From an uncultured Alphaproteobacteria bacterium (GTDB lineage Bacteria > Pseudomonadota > Alphaproteobacteria > CAAHEQ01 > UBA3637): a DNA stretch of 64,000 nucleotides. The stretch is taken from contig CALXZG010000001.1 in the NCBI GenBank assembly GCA_944393195.1, positions 68,921 to 132,920 on the forward strand. The letters are read 5' to 3'. Made by a program: the position numbers and the translations under genes. A model generated the notes under the pieces. It saw nothing but the letters and a program-made list of their open reading frames with translations. It had not been told where the DNA came from and did no database searches. Below are positions 1-10,406 of this stretch, piece after piece; the stretch's first letter is position 1; each line of letters starts with the position of its first letter.

Positions 1-1
1 T

Positions 2-649
2 CCCGGTAATGATAAGGCTATTGCTTTGTTACAACGGAAATTGAAAGCCAAAGGCGTTAAAATTATTACGGATAAAGAAGCGCTTGTCCACGTTTCGGGA
101 CACTATGCCGGTGCCGATTTGGAACAAATGTATCAATATCTGAAACCCAAGATTGCCTTGCCCGTTCATGGTGAAGCCATGGAATTGACCGGTCATGTGG
201 ATTTGGCTAAAAAATGGGGCGTTCCGTTTGCGTTTGCCTTGGAAGACGGGGAAGTAATCGTATTGGATGATGAACCGCAAATTTTGGGTGAAGTTCCCGT
301 CGGTATTTTAGCCGTTGACGGGAAACGGATTATCCGGTTGGATGCCGAAGTGATTCGGAAACGGCGTAAGATGATGGATGACGGATCGCTTGTCATTACA
401 TTGGTGGTGGATAAGCAAGGCTTTGTCCTCGGGGAACCGCAACTGTCCACTTTCGGGTTGTTGGATGCGACAGAGGAAGATAAAGAAAAATTGTTGCAAC
501 GGATTAAGGACAGTCTGGTTGAATTGCCGGATGAACAACGGATTTCCAATACTCAGGTGGATCAAACCGTTCGATCGGTCATTCGTAAATTTTTGAATGA
601 ATTTTACGGGAAAAAACCGTTGATTGATGTTCACCTGATTCGTATTTAA
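2..649 (+). CDS. rnj: Ribonuclease J, C-terminal part (5' end outside window)
   Basis: PGND, HVSGH and PVHGE motifs; VDG...RRKMMDDG and KKPLI C-terminus typical of RNase J. Confidence 0.92.
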   Translation, partial: PGNDKAIALLQRKLKAKGVKIITDKEALVHVSGHYAGADLEQMYQYLKPKIALPVHGEAMELTGHVDLAKKWGVPFAFALEDGEVIVLDDEPQILGEVPVGILAVDGKRIIRLDAEVIRKRRKMMDDGSLVITLVVDKQGFVLGEPQLSTFGLLDATEEDKEKLLQRIKDSLVELPDEQRISNTQVDQTVRSVIRKFLNEFYGKKPLIDVHLIRI

Positions 650-666
650 ACAAGGATACCTTGCCC

Positions 667-1620
667 ATGCGCCTTTTAATTATCGGAAAGAAAAACTTTA
701 TTCGCTGGCCCGAAGCCTTGGCCGAAAACATGGCAAAGCACACTACGGTTTCTTTCTTTTGCACCAATCCCAAAACAATCGGATATGCGTGGGCAAAGTA
801 TCGGGGTGGGGTATATAAAGAAAATTATTTGCGTCGTTTATTACGCAAACGCATAAAATCATTCAAACCGGATGTCGTTTTATTCGTTTCGGGATTTTTA
901 CTGCCTCAGTTTTGGTTTGATGAGGTCGCCGCCCATCCCGGTTTAAAAAAAGCCAATTGGTGTGCCGATGCCTTTGCCGAAAAAGACAGAAAAAAGATAG
1001 ATTGTCTGGATGTTGTTTTTTGTTCGGATACCGGATTTATCCCGATGGTGGAACGGTATGGTTGTCGGGCGGTTTATCTGCCGCTTTGTGTTGATGAAAC
1101 GCTTTTTTCACGGTATGAGGGGACTAAAACTCTCCCGCCCTTTTTTGTCGGTACCAATAATGCGACACGAACCGAATATTTGTCCGCCGTTCGTCAAAAA
1201 TGCCTGATATACGGTGCTCGTTGGGATAAATCAAAATTGCCCGGGCATGATGTTCATAATCGACGTATTCCCCAAAAACGGCAATATCACTTTGTTCAAC
1301 ACAGTATTGCACCGTTAAATTTGGCGTTTTCTAAGAATAATATCAACGGATTGAATTTTCGTCCGTTTGAAATCGGGGCCTGTGGTGGTTTGATTATTAA
1401 CAATGCTTGTCCGGATTTGGCATTGTGCTATCGGGTCGGAAAGGAGGCCGTTTCTTACCGCACACCGCAGGAGTTCGCCGATTTGATTGACAATATTGTC
1501 GCCCATCCGACCAAGTATGCAAAAATAGCCGAGGCGGGGTATCATCGGACGATTCGGGATCATACCTATGCCAAACGGTGTGCAACCATTCTGGCTGTTT
1601 TGCAAAAATTGCCGGACTAG
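667..1620 (+). CDS. Glycosyltransferase, CgeB/Glyco_trans_1_2-like
   Basis: YLPLCVD, NFRPFEIGACGG and IAEAGY..TIRDHTY motifs. Confidence 0.8.
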   Translation: MRLLIIGKKNFIRWPEALAENMAKHTTVSFFCTNPKTIGYAWAKYRGGVYKENYLRRLLRKRIKSFKPDVVLFVSGFLLPQFWFDEVAAHPGLKKANWCADAFAEKDRKKIDCLDVVFCSDTGFIPMVERYGCRAVYLPLCVDETLFSRYEGTKTLPPFFVGTNNATRTEYLSAVRQKCLIYGARWDKSKLPGHDVHNRRIPQKRQYHFVQHSIAPLNLAFSKNNINGLNFRPFEIGACGGLIINNACPDLALCYRVGKEAVSYRTPQEFADLIDNIVAHPTKYAKIAEAGYHRTIRDHTYAKRCATILAVLQKLPD

Positions 1621-1705
1621 ATTTTGTTGTTTTCGGGGTATTCATGGAAAAAGGCTCTTGCTTTTTCACGAATTTTATCTACAATAAAGGCAAAGGAGTT
1701 TCAGA

Positions 1706-2689
1706 ATGGATATCGTTTCGATTTCTGTGATTGTTCCGATTTATAATGTCGAATCTCATGTAACGGGATGTTTGACCAGTATTCAAAATCAAACCTTTGG
1801 TGATTTTGAAGTGATTTGTATTGATGACGGCTCAACGGATAATAGTGGCCAGATTGCTGCGGATTTTTGTGCCAAAGATAAACGTTTTTCCCTGATTCAT
1901 CAAAAAAATAAAGGATTGTCCGGCGCTCGAAATACCGGTTTACAGGCGGCACGCGGGACTTACGTCTGTTTTGTCGATTCGGATGATTACCTGCATCCAC
2001 AGGCATTGGAAATTTTATATACCGCCGTTCAGGAACAAAAAACCGATATGGCGAATATGCAACTTGTTAAAACGACCGAAGTTTATCCGCCCTCTTTTCC
2101 TGTTTTTCAGAAACCGTATCCGACACCTCAATTGATAACGGATCCGTTGTCGGCTTTTTTATCCCGCCGTGATGTGATGACAAGTGTTTGTACGCGCCTT
2201 TATCGAAAAACATTGCTGGATTCCATTCGTTTTATTGAGGGCATTTACTTTGAAGATGTCCCATTTACGATACAGGTTATGTCAAAGGCGCATTCTTTGT
2301 CGTTTGTTCCGGCGGCTTTGTATTATTACTATGCGAACCCGACATCCATTATGCGCTCTTCTTTTTCCACGGCAAAGGTGGCTAGCTATATCACCGTGAT
2401 TCAATCCGTCTATGACTATATTCAAACGCATCGGCCGTCGGATTTGCCAGCTGTTCGTCGTGATATTTTAAATAAACGTGTTAAAATGATGATGAATCAA
2501 GCCGTCCGTAAACAAAAAGACAGGGCCGTTCGCCACCGGTTGTTTCAGGCTATGTCGCAACAATTACGTCCGTTGTATGAAGCCGGCGTAATTTCCTATG
2601 ACGGATTAAAATTACGTCATAAAATCGCGTTGTTCCTCTTGTTGCATCATAAACCGCGGGCGGCGTGTCGTTGGATGGGGTTATTTTAA
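1706..2689 (+). CDS. Glycosyltransferase family 2
   Basis: SVIVPIYN, IDDGSTD, GLSGARNTG, FVDSDD, FED; RBS aaggag. Confidence 0.92.
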   Translation: MDIVSISVIVPIYNVESHVTGCLTSIQNQTFGDFEVICIDDGSTDNSGQIAADFCAKDKRFSLIHQKNKGLSGARNTGLQAARGTYVCFVDSDDYLHPQALEILYTAVQEQKTDMANMQLVKTTEVYPPSFPVFQKPYPTPQLITDPLSAFLSRRDVMTSVCTRLYRKTLLDSIRFIEGIYFEDVPFTIQVMSKAHSLSFVPAALYYYYANPTSIMRSSFSTAKVASYITVIQSVYDYIQTHRPSDLPAVRRDILNKRVKMMMNQAVRKQKDRAVRHRLFQAMSQQLRPLYEAGVISYDGLKLRHKIALFLLLHHKPRAACRWMGLF

Positions 2690-2713
2690 AAGCCGGTTAT
2701 TGCACCGGCTTTT
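2688..2713. terminator. Bidirectional intrinsic terminator
   Basis: aaaagccgg-ttattgca-ccggctttt between convergent genes. Confidence 0.8.
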
Positions 2714-2730
2714 AATGAAGCAAATTTTTC

Positions 2731-3123
2731 TTAATCCGTTACATTTCCTTTTTTGGTGAACGTTAACGTCTTGTCATCCGATAAAGTTAACGTTAATCCC
2801 TTTTCTGTTGCCCGAAAGGTTGATACCCGGGCTAAATCTTGAAAATATTGTTGTTCGGCGGCCATGGCCTTTTCCGGTCCCATCATCATTGTAGATCCGA
2901 CCGGCCCCAAAATTAATTTGTCCCCGTCAATTTGATATGTTCCGAAATATCGGTTGACCGCCCGTCCGAAAAAACGATTTTCATTTGGGGCAAAAGCCAA
3001 CGTAATTTCAACATTGTCCGGCGTTTCCGTTAACACATATTCATTTCCCCGAATGGTCGGCTCCTCTTTTTGACACGCCACTAACATCAATCCGGCAGCC
3101 AAAACAGATAAACATTTTTTCAT
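2731..3123 (-). CDS. META/HslJ-domain lipoprotein
   Basis: Lipobox LVAC; NRYFGTY, STMMMGP, EQQYF. Confidence 0.8.
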   Translation of the reverse strand: MKKCLSVLAAGLMLVACQKEEPTIRGNEYVLTETPDNVEITLAFAPNENRFFGRAVNRYFGTYQIDGDKLILGPVGSTMMMGPEKAMAAEQQYFQDLARVSTFRATEKGLTLTLSDDKTLTFTKKGNVTD

Positions 3124-3138
3124 GAATTCCTCCTTTTG

Positions 3139-3621
3139 CTATTTACCGTTATTATAATGGGCTAAAATCCGGCGCTTTTCCAGATTCCAATCCCGTTTTT
3201 TGATGTCTTCCCGTTTGTCCGCATGATTTTTACCACAGGCAATTGCAATTTTGACCTTTGCCAATCCCCGTTGATTGAAAAAGATTTCAAGCGGTACAAC
3301 AGTCTTGCCTTTCTTGGCCACTTCGTCCTTTATCTTCTTTAATTCTTTCTTACGCAATAAAAGCTGTCGCGGTCTTGCCGCTACCTGCTTAACAAAACCG
3401 TCCTTTGCCGCACTATATTCCATAATATGCGCATTGATCAGGAATAAACCGCTCCCTTCGAAAGAAGCATAACTTTCGTTAATCGTTGCGTGTCCGGCGC
3501 GTAACGATTTAACCTCGCCCCCCGTTAAAATAATACCGGCCTCAAATGTTTCCAGTATGGCATAGTTAAATCGTGCTTTGCGATTGGTTGCAACCGTTCC
3601 TGTCGTAATTAATGTTTTCAT
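3139..3621 (-). CDS. smpB: SsrA-binding protein
   Basis: NRKARFNY, EAGIILTGGEVKSLR, DKREDIKKRDW. Confidence 0.97.
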   Translation of the reverse strand: MKTLITTGTVATNRKARFNYAILETFEAGIILTGGEVKSLRAGHATINESYASFEGSGLFLINAHIMEYSAAKDGFVKQVAARPRQLLLRKKELKKIKDEVAKKGKTVVPLEIFFNQRGLAKVKIAIACGKNHADKREDIKKRDWNLEKRRILAHYNNGK

Positions 3622-3630
3622 ACCCTTATG

Positions 3631-5295
3631 TTATCCCATTGCCATAAAAAAGTCAAGCTGCGGCTGTAATATCGTCCGCTCCGTTTCCGATAAACAAGGC
3701 ATGATTTTTTCTTGGATTCCCCTGTGATACTGACTCAACCAAACTTTTTCCGTTGTGGTTAGTAACGATGTATCCACCAACCGACTGTCAAACGGAATCC
3801 ATAACAGATTTTCCAAAATAATGGTGCCGTCGGGGTCGGTTTGCGTCAAAATCATGTTTTCCAACCGAATACCAAAACCGGCTGCATCATCATAATAGGC
3901 CGGCTCATTCGAAAATACCATTCCGACGGATAAAGGTTGTACCGCTTTTTCATGGATGACCGGCGGCGCTTCATGCACATCCAAAAACATCCCGATACCG
4001 TGGCCTGTCGCATGCCGGAAGTCTACCCCGTCCGCCCGTAAAAAAGCATGGGCGCGTTTATCCAATTCGGCGGCCGAATCTCCTTCTTTTAAAGTTGTTG
4101 TTGCCAAAGCAATATGTCCCTTTAAAACCTGCGTATACCGCCGCTTCATCATATCTGTCGGTTGTCCGGTTGCAATCGTTCGTGTCATATCCGTTGTCCC
4201 GTTCAGGTAATGCCCCCCCGTGTCCACTAACGTCATTGCCGCATCGGCCAGAGGTATAGATGAAGTCATGTCAGCCTGATAATGGGCCAAAGCCGCATGC
4301 GCCCCCACCGCCGCAATCGTGTCAAAACTATCCCCGCGATAGAGCGGATTTTCGGCCCGTAATGCTTTCAATTGTCGGTCACAGGCACATTCGTCAATTG
4401 CATCCCGATTCATTTCAACCCAGGCTAAAAAACGGCAAACAACGGTGCTTTCCGCTAAACATGCCGTCCGAATATTATCCTGTTCAACTATGTTTTTGAC
4501 GGCTTTTAACGGTGCGATGATGTCGGCTTGATTATGAAGCGTGGTAACCACCGCCAATCGTTCGTATATGTCTTGGGATAATGTGGTAAAGTCCACGCCA
4601 ATGTTTCGTCCGGATAGTTCCGATATGACCGTATCCGTCAACGCTTGATACCGACCGTCTGCCCACACAAGGCCACGTTCAAAAATCACCGGATACCCGG
4701 GTGCCCATAAACACCGTTTGTTTAATAACCAAGAAACACTGTCCGGTGCAGTAAAAATAAAAGCATCCCATCCTTTTTCCCGAACGATGGCCGCAACTCG
4801 GTTGATTTTGTCTGTTGCCGTTTCTCCGGCATAAATCGTATCGTATGTCAATACCGGCGGTACGGGAACGTCCTCTCGGGGAAATAAAAGTTGCCAAACC
4901 TCATCCGCCAATCCCCGCATCCGAATACCGACCGGGGATAAAGCCTGATACATCCGATATGTCCACGCCACAGACCGCTGCGTCGCCGGATATCCGATTT
5001 CCCGTCCGGATACGTTTTCTTTCATCCAATCCGCCGGCATTGTTTCCGTCGGAATTTCAAAAATATGAAAATCCGTCGCCTGTTGTTTGGCCTGAGCCGT
5101 ATAGCGGGCATCAACAAATAAAACGGCGTCTTCCTGTGTGACGATAGCCAATCCGGCCGAACCGGAAAAACCCGTTGCGTGGTATAGTTGTTTTTTTTCG
5201 GGCGGATAATGTTCCCCCAAAAAGGAATCCGTTCGCGGAATAATCAGGGCGTCCAAATGCTCTTGTACCAAAAAAGAACGAATTTTCCTTAACAT
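3631..5295 (-). CDS. Xaa-Pro aminopeptidase (M24B)
   Basis: GFSGSAG, DTGGHY..GTTDMTRT, HATGHGIG, HEAP, SNEP, GIRLEN. Confidence 0.92.
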   Translation of the reverse strand: MLRKIRSFLVQEHLDALIIPRTDSFLGEHYPPEKKQLYHATGFSGSAGLAIVTQEDAVLFVDARYTAQAKQQATDFHIFEIPTETMPADWMKENVSGREIGYPATQRSVAWTYRMYQALSPVGIRMRGLADEVWQLLFPREDVPVPPVLTYDTIYAGETATDKINRVAAIVREKGWDAFIFTAPDSVSWLLNKRCLWAPGYPVIFERGLVWADGRYQALTDTVISELSGRNIGVDFTTLSQDIYERLAVVTTLHNQADIIAPLKAVKNIVEQDNIRTACLAESTVVCRFLAWVEMNRDAIDECACDRQLKALRAENPLYRGDSFDTIAAVGAHAALAHYQADMTSSIPLADAAMTLVDTGGHYLNGTTDMTRTIATGQPTDMMKRRYTQVLKGHIALATTTLKEGDSAAELDKRAHAFLRADGVDFRHATGHGIGMFLDVHEAPPVIHEKAVQPLSVGMVFSNEPAYYDDAAGFGIRLENMILTQTDPDGTIILENLLWIPFDSRLVDTSLLTTTEKVWLSQYHRGIQEKIMPCLSETERTILQPQLDFFMAMG

Positions 5296-6167
5296 ATTGC
5301 GTCCTTTTGCACAACAATTGTTCCCCAGCCGTTAATTCGATATCGGCGAACTAATTTTAATCCAACGGCCGTGTGCGCCTTTAACACCCACCGTTCCTGC
5401 CGCGTTAAAAATCCGGATAAAATAGCGATACCGCCCGGTGCTAAATGGGCATATAAATCCGGTGCCATTTGAATTAACGGTTTGGCTAAAATATTGCAAA
5501 GGATTAAATCGTATTGCCCTGAAACACCGGCATATCCGTCACTTTGCCAAACCCGGATTAAATCCCCTAATCCGTTGGCTGCGGCATTATCATGCGCCAC
5601 CCGAACCGATTCCGGATCGATATCAACCGCATCAACTTTGTTTCCTGTTGTTTTGGCGTATGCCATCGATAAGATCCCGGATCCGCACCCTACGTCCAAA
5701 ACATGCTTCGGTGTTTGCTCTAAATCATTTAGAGCCTCTAAACAACCGTGCGTTGTTTGATGCTCCCCTGTCCCGAAAGCCGTTGCTGCGTCGATTTTAA
5801 GGGCGATTTTATCGGCCGGCGGATTTTCCTGAATATGCGAACCGTAAATATAATAACGACCGATTGTAATCGGGGGAAATCCCTGATAACTCGCTTTTAA
5901 CCAATTGACATCCGGCATTTGCGTAATTTTACCGTCAGGGCAGGGAATACCGGCAATTTCGGCGGCCCGTGCCAGATCGGCATGAAAAGCCTCCTCCGAC
6001 GGTTGTTGTTCAAAGATAGCCTGAACCTCCCACAACCCTTTGTTCGGCCCTTTTTCCAAAGGCATCGTTAAAACCGCACCCGCCGTTTCACCCAATATTT
6101 CTTCAAAAACAGGCACAGCCTCCGGCGGTAAAATACATTTAAATTCAAACGGTACAATATGCGTCAT
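5289..6167 (-). CDS. prmA: Ribosomal protein L11 methyltransferase
   Basis: AFGTGEHQTT, LDVGCGSGILS, NILA, LSG. Confidence 0.93.
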   Translation of the reverse strand: MTHIVPFEFKCILPPEAVPVFEEILGETAGAVLTMPLEKGPNKGLWEVQAIFEQQPSEEAFHADLARAAEIAGIPCPDGKITQMPDVNWLKASYQGFPPITIGRYYIYGSHIQENPPADKIALKIDAATAFGTGEHQTTHGCLEALNDLEQTPKHVLDVGCGSGILSMAYAKTTGNKVDAVDIDPESVRVAHDNAAANGLGDLIRVWQSDGYAGVSGQYDLILCNILAKPLIQMAPDLYAHLAPGGIAILSGFLTRQERWVLKAHTAVGLKLVRRYRINGWGTIVVQKDAIC

Positions 6168-6346
6168 ATATTTTCTCCTTTACCGCAGAGTATGACAACT
6201 TTTTAACCAAAAATCAAGCAGTTTGCACCTCTCCCCTTGATAAAAACGGAAAAATCCTTATCCTATAAATAAATATTGATTTTTTGTTTAGAACAATGTA
6301 TAGCTTTCACGTTATTTATGTGTCAAAAATAAACGGAGAATAGGAT

Positions 6347-7327
6347 ATGCGTCAGGATGAAACAACATTTGCGTCCGTGTTTGTATTGGACGGTAAAGGC
6401 AGCGCCAAAATCGTTGATATTAATCGATTGACCGATCGGCGGATGGCTAAACCGACATGGATTCATTTGAATTTGTCCCGACCAGAAGCCATTGCCTGGT
6501 TGGACACACATTTATCTTTACATGATTGGGTCAAAGAAAGTTTGACAGATACGGAAATATCCGAACCGCATATCCGCCTGCGTCAAAATAATGTTTTACT
6601 TGTTATCCGATCCGTCAATATTATGCCGGATGCCGAACCGGATGATTTGGTCTTTTTACGATTATTCGCGACTAAAAAACTGTTGATTACAACCCGCCTG
6701 GATCCCGCCCTTGATTTTGCCGAGATGACAGAATTGTTTTCGGATAAAGACGGTCCTAAAAATATTGATGAACTGATTTTGGCTATTTTGGAAAATACAT
6801 TGGATAGCGTTTCCGAAGCCGTCGCCGGTATTGAAAATCAGGTTGATGATTTGGAAGAGGCTGTTATTACGGGGCATGCGATACCTCAAACCTATCCGCA
6901 ATTGTCCGAATTTTTACGACAGGTCATCGTTATTCGCCGGTTTATGATGCCGGAACGGGAGGCTGTCGGGAACTTGATTCGCCGTGGTGTTTCTTGGTTT
7001 CAAACAGAGACGGATCGGGGAATGCGGGATTGTTTTGATTGGATACAACGAATTATCGAAGATATTGATTTGCTGGAAAAACGAATCCGGGTGAATCAGG
7101 ATGCCATTAAAAATCAGGAAGATACAAAAACGCAACGCAATATGTATATGTTGACCGTTATTGCCGGTATTTTCTTGCCGCTTTCTTTCTTGACGGGTTT
7201 GTTTGGTATGAATCTGCGCGGTATTCCGTTTGAAACGCATCCCTATGGTTTTATAACGGTTTGCCTCCTGACCGGTTTGATTGGTTTGATAGTCCTCTTT
7301 ATTTTTAAAAAATTAAAATGGATTTAG
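6347..7327 (+). CDS. CorA/ZntB-family divalent cation transporter
   Basis: WIHL, FLPLSFLTGLFGMNLRGIP signature, two C-terminal TM helices. Confidence 0.9.
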   Translation: MRQDETTFASVFVLDGKGSAKIVDINRLTDRRMAKPTWIHLNLSRPEAIAWLDTHLSLHDWVKESLTDTEISEPHIRLRQNNVLLVIRSVNIMPDAEPDDLVFLRLFATKKLLITTRLDPALDFAEMTELFSDKDGPKNIDELILAILENTLDSVSEAVAGIENQVDDLEEAVITGHAIPQTYPQLSEFLRQVIVIRRFMMPEREAVGNLIRRGVSWFQTETDRGMRDCFDWIQRIIEDIDLLEKRIRVNQDAIKNQEDTKTQRNMYMLTVIAGIFLPLSFLTGLFGMNLRGIPFETHPYGFITVCLLTGLIGLIVLFIFKKLKWI

Positions 7328-7357
7328 TTGACATCTCGTCTTTTTTAGGATTATACT
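7328..7357 (+). promoter_or_regulatory. sigma70-like promoter of the short pilin-like gene
   Basis: TTGACA-N18-TATACT. Confidence 0.6.
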
Positions 7358-7381
7358 TTTTTAACAATCAACGGAGGAAAC

Positions 7382-7819
7382 ATGCCTGTACATTATCATA
7401 CCTCAAAGAATAACGAAACCGGTCGAACAATGGTCGAAATGTTTTCTGTGATTATTATTATCAGCGTTTTGACATTTATCGGTGTTGGTAGTTTTTCGTA
7501 TGCCCGCGATCGATATTATGGTAACCGAACGGCACAAGCCGTTTTACAGGAAGGAACTGTGCTTCTGACCAATCGTAAATTGAAGAGTTTGTCTGATGCG
7601 GCGGAGCCGCCCTTACAGACAGATATGGATCGTTTGTTGCCCGCCGGGGCGGGTTCGAGTCGTCAGAAAATCGGTAATAACGAATACAGAATTACGATTA
7701 CGAATTTAAACTCTCGCGTTTGTGAATTTGCTGTCGCGGTGACGGGCCCTTATATGACGGCGAATGGAGATAATTGTGCCGACGGGACGGCGGTTTTTTC
7801 CTTTAAACGCGGGAATTAA
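7382..7819 (+). CDS. Short type IV pilin-like protein
   Basis: G|RTMVE class III-like cleavage motif, hydrophobic helix, C-terminal Cys pair; RBS ggagg. Confidence 0.75.
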   Translation: MPVHYHTSKNNETGRTMVEMFSVIIIISVLTFIGVGSFSYARDRYYGNRTAQAVLQEGTVLLTNRKLKSLSDAAEPPLQTDMDRLLPAGAGSSRQKIGNNEYRITITNLNSRVCEFAVAVTGPYMTANGDNCADGTAVFSFKRGN

Positions 7820-7931
7820 CAGGATTTTGATACCCCTTTTATTTATTTTTTATAAGGCCGAACCATAAAATACGGTCGGTCAAATGATGATTATTGGTAT
7901 TGCCGACTGCTATTCATCAAATCAAATCATC

Positions 7932-7968
7932 AAAAAAACCGCGAAAGTCAATCAATTCGCGGTTTTTA
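7932..7968 (-). terminator. Terminator downstream of tRNA-Phe (probably bidirectional)
   Basis: aaaaaaaccgcgaa...ttcgcggttttt. Confidence 0.7.
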
Positions 7969-7970
7969 AC

Positions 7971-8046
7971 TGGTGCCTGGGGACGGGATCGAACCGCCGA
8001 CACAGGGATTTTCAGTCCCTTGCTCTACCAACTGAGCTACCCAGGC
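7971..8046 (-). tRNA. tRNA-Phe(GAA)
   Basis: 76-nt cloverleaf GCCTGGG...CCCAGGC-ACCA, anticodon loop CTGAAAA, GTTCGA. Confidence 0.97.
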
Positions 8047-8118
8047 AATGGGCTTGTGAAAGTCTTATACCCTAAAATAAATCAAATGTCCAGCCTTTTT
8101 TTATAAAAAATGATTTTT

Positions 8119-8322
8119 TTATTGTTCTTCGTCCGAATGATGCCGTATTTCCGCCAAATCTTCATCGGTCGGAACCTCTTCCGTATGTACGACATAACTG
8201 CCTTTTAACCACCGTCCCAAATCAATATCCGCACATTTTTTGGAACAAAAAGGTTTATACGACAATACGGACGGCTTGCCGCAAATCGGACACTTCGTGT
8301 GTAAAATAACAATCTCTTCCAT
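8119..8322 (-). CDS. yacG: DNA gyrase inhibitor YacG
   Basis: CPICGK...[15 protein letters not shown]. Confidence 0.95.
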   Translation of the reverse strand: MEEIVILHTKCPICGKPSVLSYKPFCSKKCADIDLGRWLKGSYVVHTEEVPTDEDLAEIRHHSDEEQ

Positions 8323-9249
8323 TTATTCCTCCCTTATTTCAAAAAAAGAAACCGGCTTGTCAAAACACGGCTTGACCGCGATCTCCGGATGATGCTTGGT
8401 CAATAAAGCCACAACATTCGGATGCGCCGTTACCATCGGATGCCCCATCCGGCAAGTGTACCAATTCCGCACAATTTGGTAATAAACAGCCACCGGTTGT
8501 TCCCCATGGCTATCCCATAAAGAAGCCGTTGTTCGCGTTCTTTGTATTTCAAACAAGCCGGCCGGTGTCCATCCGGATAGTGTTGTTCGATTGTCCCCGG
8601 CAAAAGCCTGTTGTAATGCTTTTTCTAAAACCGGACGTATCCGACCACGCTTGGATCCTGCTAAATCAATTAAAATCAGGCCCGCCATATTTTTTAGGAT
8701 AACCTGTCGCGCGACTTCAACAATGGCTATTTTGTTGACGGTTGTTAAATCATCCCGACTGCGTCCCGAATCCACATCAATGGTCCACCCGATTCGCGTC
8801 CGCTCTATATGCAGTTCGCCCCCGTTGTCCAAATAAATATCGGGTGTCATCGCCTCTGCAATTAGGGTGTCCATATCTGCGGTCGATATTGTGTCAATGC
8901 CAACCTTAAACATCTCCGCCCACACATTGGCTTTGTCCGGCGCAGGGGAGGGGGCTTCTGTCGTTCGTTCCGCCGTTGCCTCTTTACTCGCCCGCGCCTC
9001 TCGCTTGATACGAACGGTGATAGTTTGCCCTTCGGTTAACGGGGCAGCATCCGGCAAAAAAACGCTTCCTTTTTCCGTTTCCAAAAAATAACCGTGCAGT
9101 GTCGGATGAAACGTTACGACGCGGGCCGATACGATATCCCCTTCATTTAAAGAAATATCCCGTTGGAAAGCAAAGGAAATAACACGTCCCTGATCGTCGG
9201 TCAGGGCAACCCTGTTTTCCCCGCCCGCTTTATTTTGCAGAATTTTCAT
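8323..9249 (-). CDS. Ribonuclease E/G family protein
   Basis: S1-like N-terminus, IDVDSG, EVARQVILKNMAGLILID, GLFEIQR; maf-rng-yacG synteny. Confidence 0.82.
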   Translation of the reverse strand: MKILQNKAGGENRVALTDDQGRVISFAFQRDISLNEGDIVSARVVTFHPTLHGYFLETEKGSVFLPDAAPLTEGQTITVRIKREARASKEATAERTTEAPSPAPDKANVWAEMFKVGIDTISTADMDTLIAEAMTPDIYLDNGGELHIERTRIGWTIDVDSGRSRDDLTTVNKIAIVEVARQVILKNMAGLILIDLAGSKRGRIRPVLEKALQQAFAGDNRTTLSGWTPAGLFEIQRTRTTASLWDSHGEQPVAVYYQIVRNWYTCRMGHPMVTAHPNVVALLTKHHPEIAVKPCFDKPVSFFEIREE

Positions 9250-9847
9250 GTGTGCGCAAAGCACCTTTCAAAACCTGAGCCACTTCAAAAATCGGCAGCC
9301 CGACAATATTCGGGAAAGAACCGATAACCTTTCGGACACAGGCCGATAGCACGCCTTCAATGCGATAGCCGGCCACGTTACGCCATTCACCGGACGCTAA
9401 AATAACGGCAATATCCGTTGCATCAAAATGTTTTGTGATAACGGCGGTTTGAACAACCTTGGCAATTTCACGACCATCCGGCAGAATAACGCAAAAACCG
9501 GTTATCACCCGATGCCGCCGTCCGGAAATAAGCTCTAAATGTTGGCGGGCCTCTTCTTCCGTTTCGGCTTTTCGAATCAGACGTTTTCCGACGGCAATAA
9601 CCGTATCTGCCCCTAAAACGCATATGCCGGGATGTTTGGCTGCCACGGCCCGCGCTTTTTCAATGGCTATGCGCTTGACATACCGTGCCGGTAATTCATT
9701 TTTGCGGACGGATTCATCAATGTCGGCTGATTCAATCCGATCCGGTTTAAATCCGGCTTGCTCCAACAACCGTAGTCGCTGCGGTGATGCCGAAGCTAAA
9801 ATAAACGGTTGTGTTAGCCGCCAGGGAGAACGTTCTGTTTCCATCAT
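9230..9847 (-). CDS. maf: Maf nucleotide pyrophosphatase
   Basis: ILASASPQR, IDE, LGADTV, NIVGLP. Confidence 0.93.
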   Translation of the reverse strand: MMETERSPWRLTQPFILASASPQRLRLLEQAGFKPDRIESADIDESVRKNELPARYVKRIAIEKARAVAAKHPGICVLGADTVIAVGKRLIRKAETEEEARQHLELISGRRHRVITGFCVILPDGREIAKVVQTAVITKHFDATDIAVILASGEWRNVAGYRIEGVLSACVRKVIGSFPNIVGLPIFEVAQVLKGALRTHENSAK

Positions 9848-9848
9848 A

Positions 9849-10265
9849 TTATTCGGCGGTCACTTTTTCTTTGCGTTCGTGCCGTTCTTGGGCTTCAATA
9901 CTTAATGTCGCCACAGGACGTGCCTCTAAACGACCAAGCCCGATCGGTTCACCCGTTTCTTCGCAATACCCGTAGGTGCCGTCTTCAATGCGATCAAGAG
10001 CCTGATTGATTTTTTTGATCAGCTTCCGCATCCGATCCCGCGTCCGCAATTCCAACGATTGATCCGTTTCATTACTTGCCCGATCATTTTCATCGGCTTC
10101 CCGCAAGTTGTTTTCACGTAAATCCTGTAATGTCATTTCCGATTCTTTGGTTAATTCGGTGCGCCAGTTGATTAACTTTTGTTTAAAATACTCCAACTGC
10201 ATATCATTCATGTATTCTTCTTTCTCGCTGGGCTTATAGTTGGGGGGTAAAGTCACAATCGGCAT
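9849..10265 (-). CDS. dksA: RNA polymerase-binding protein DksA
   Basis: DENDRAS, YGYCEETGEPIGLGRLEARP; start at MPIV behind aaggagg. Confidence 0.95.
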   Translation of the reverse strand: MPIVTLPPNYKPSEKEEYMNDMQLEYFKQKLINWRTELTKESEMTLQDLRENNLREADENDRASNETDQSLELRTRDRMRKLIKKINQALDRIEDGTYGYCEETGEPIGLGRLEARPVATLSIEAQERHERKEKVTAE

Positions 10266-10406
10266 AAATTCCTCCTTTTGCATTAAAAGATTTACAATGC
10301 GCTCAACATAGCTTTTTTTTTGCCAAAAGTCAAATGCTTTTTTTTGCTTGTTTTCGGAATGCTTTTTTGCTAAATTAACAATCATTGAAGTGAAAGGAAA
10401 CGGAAA

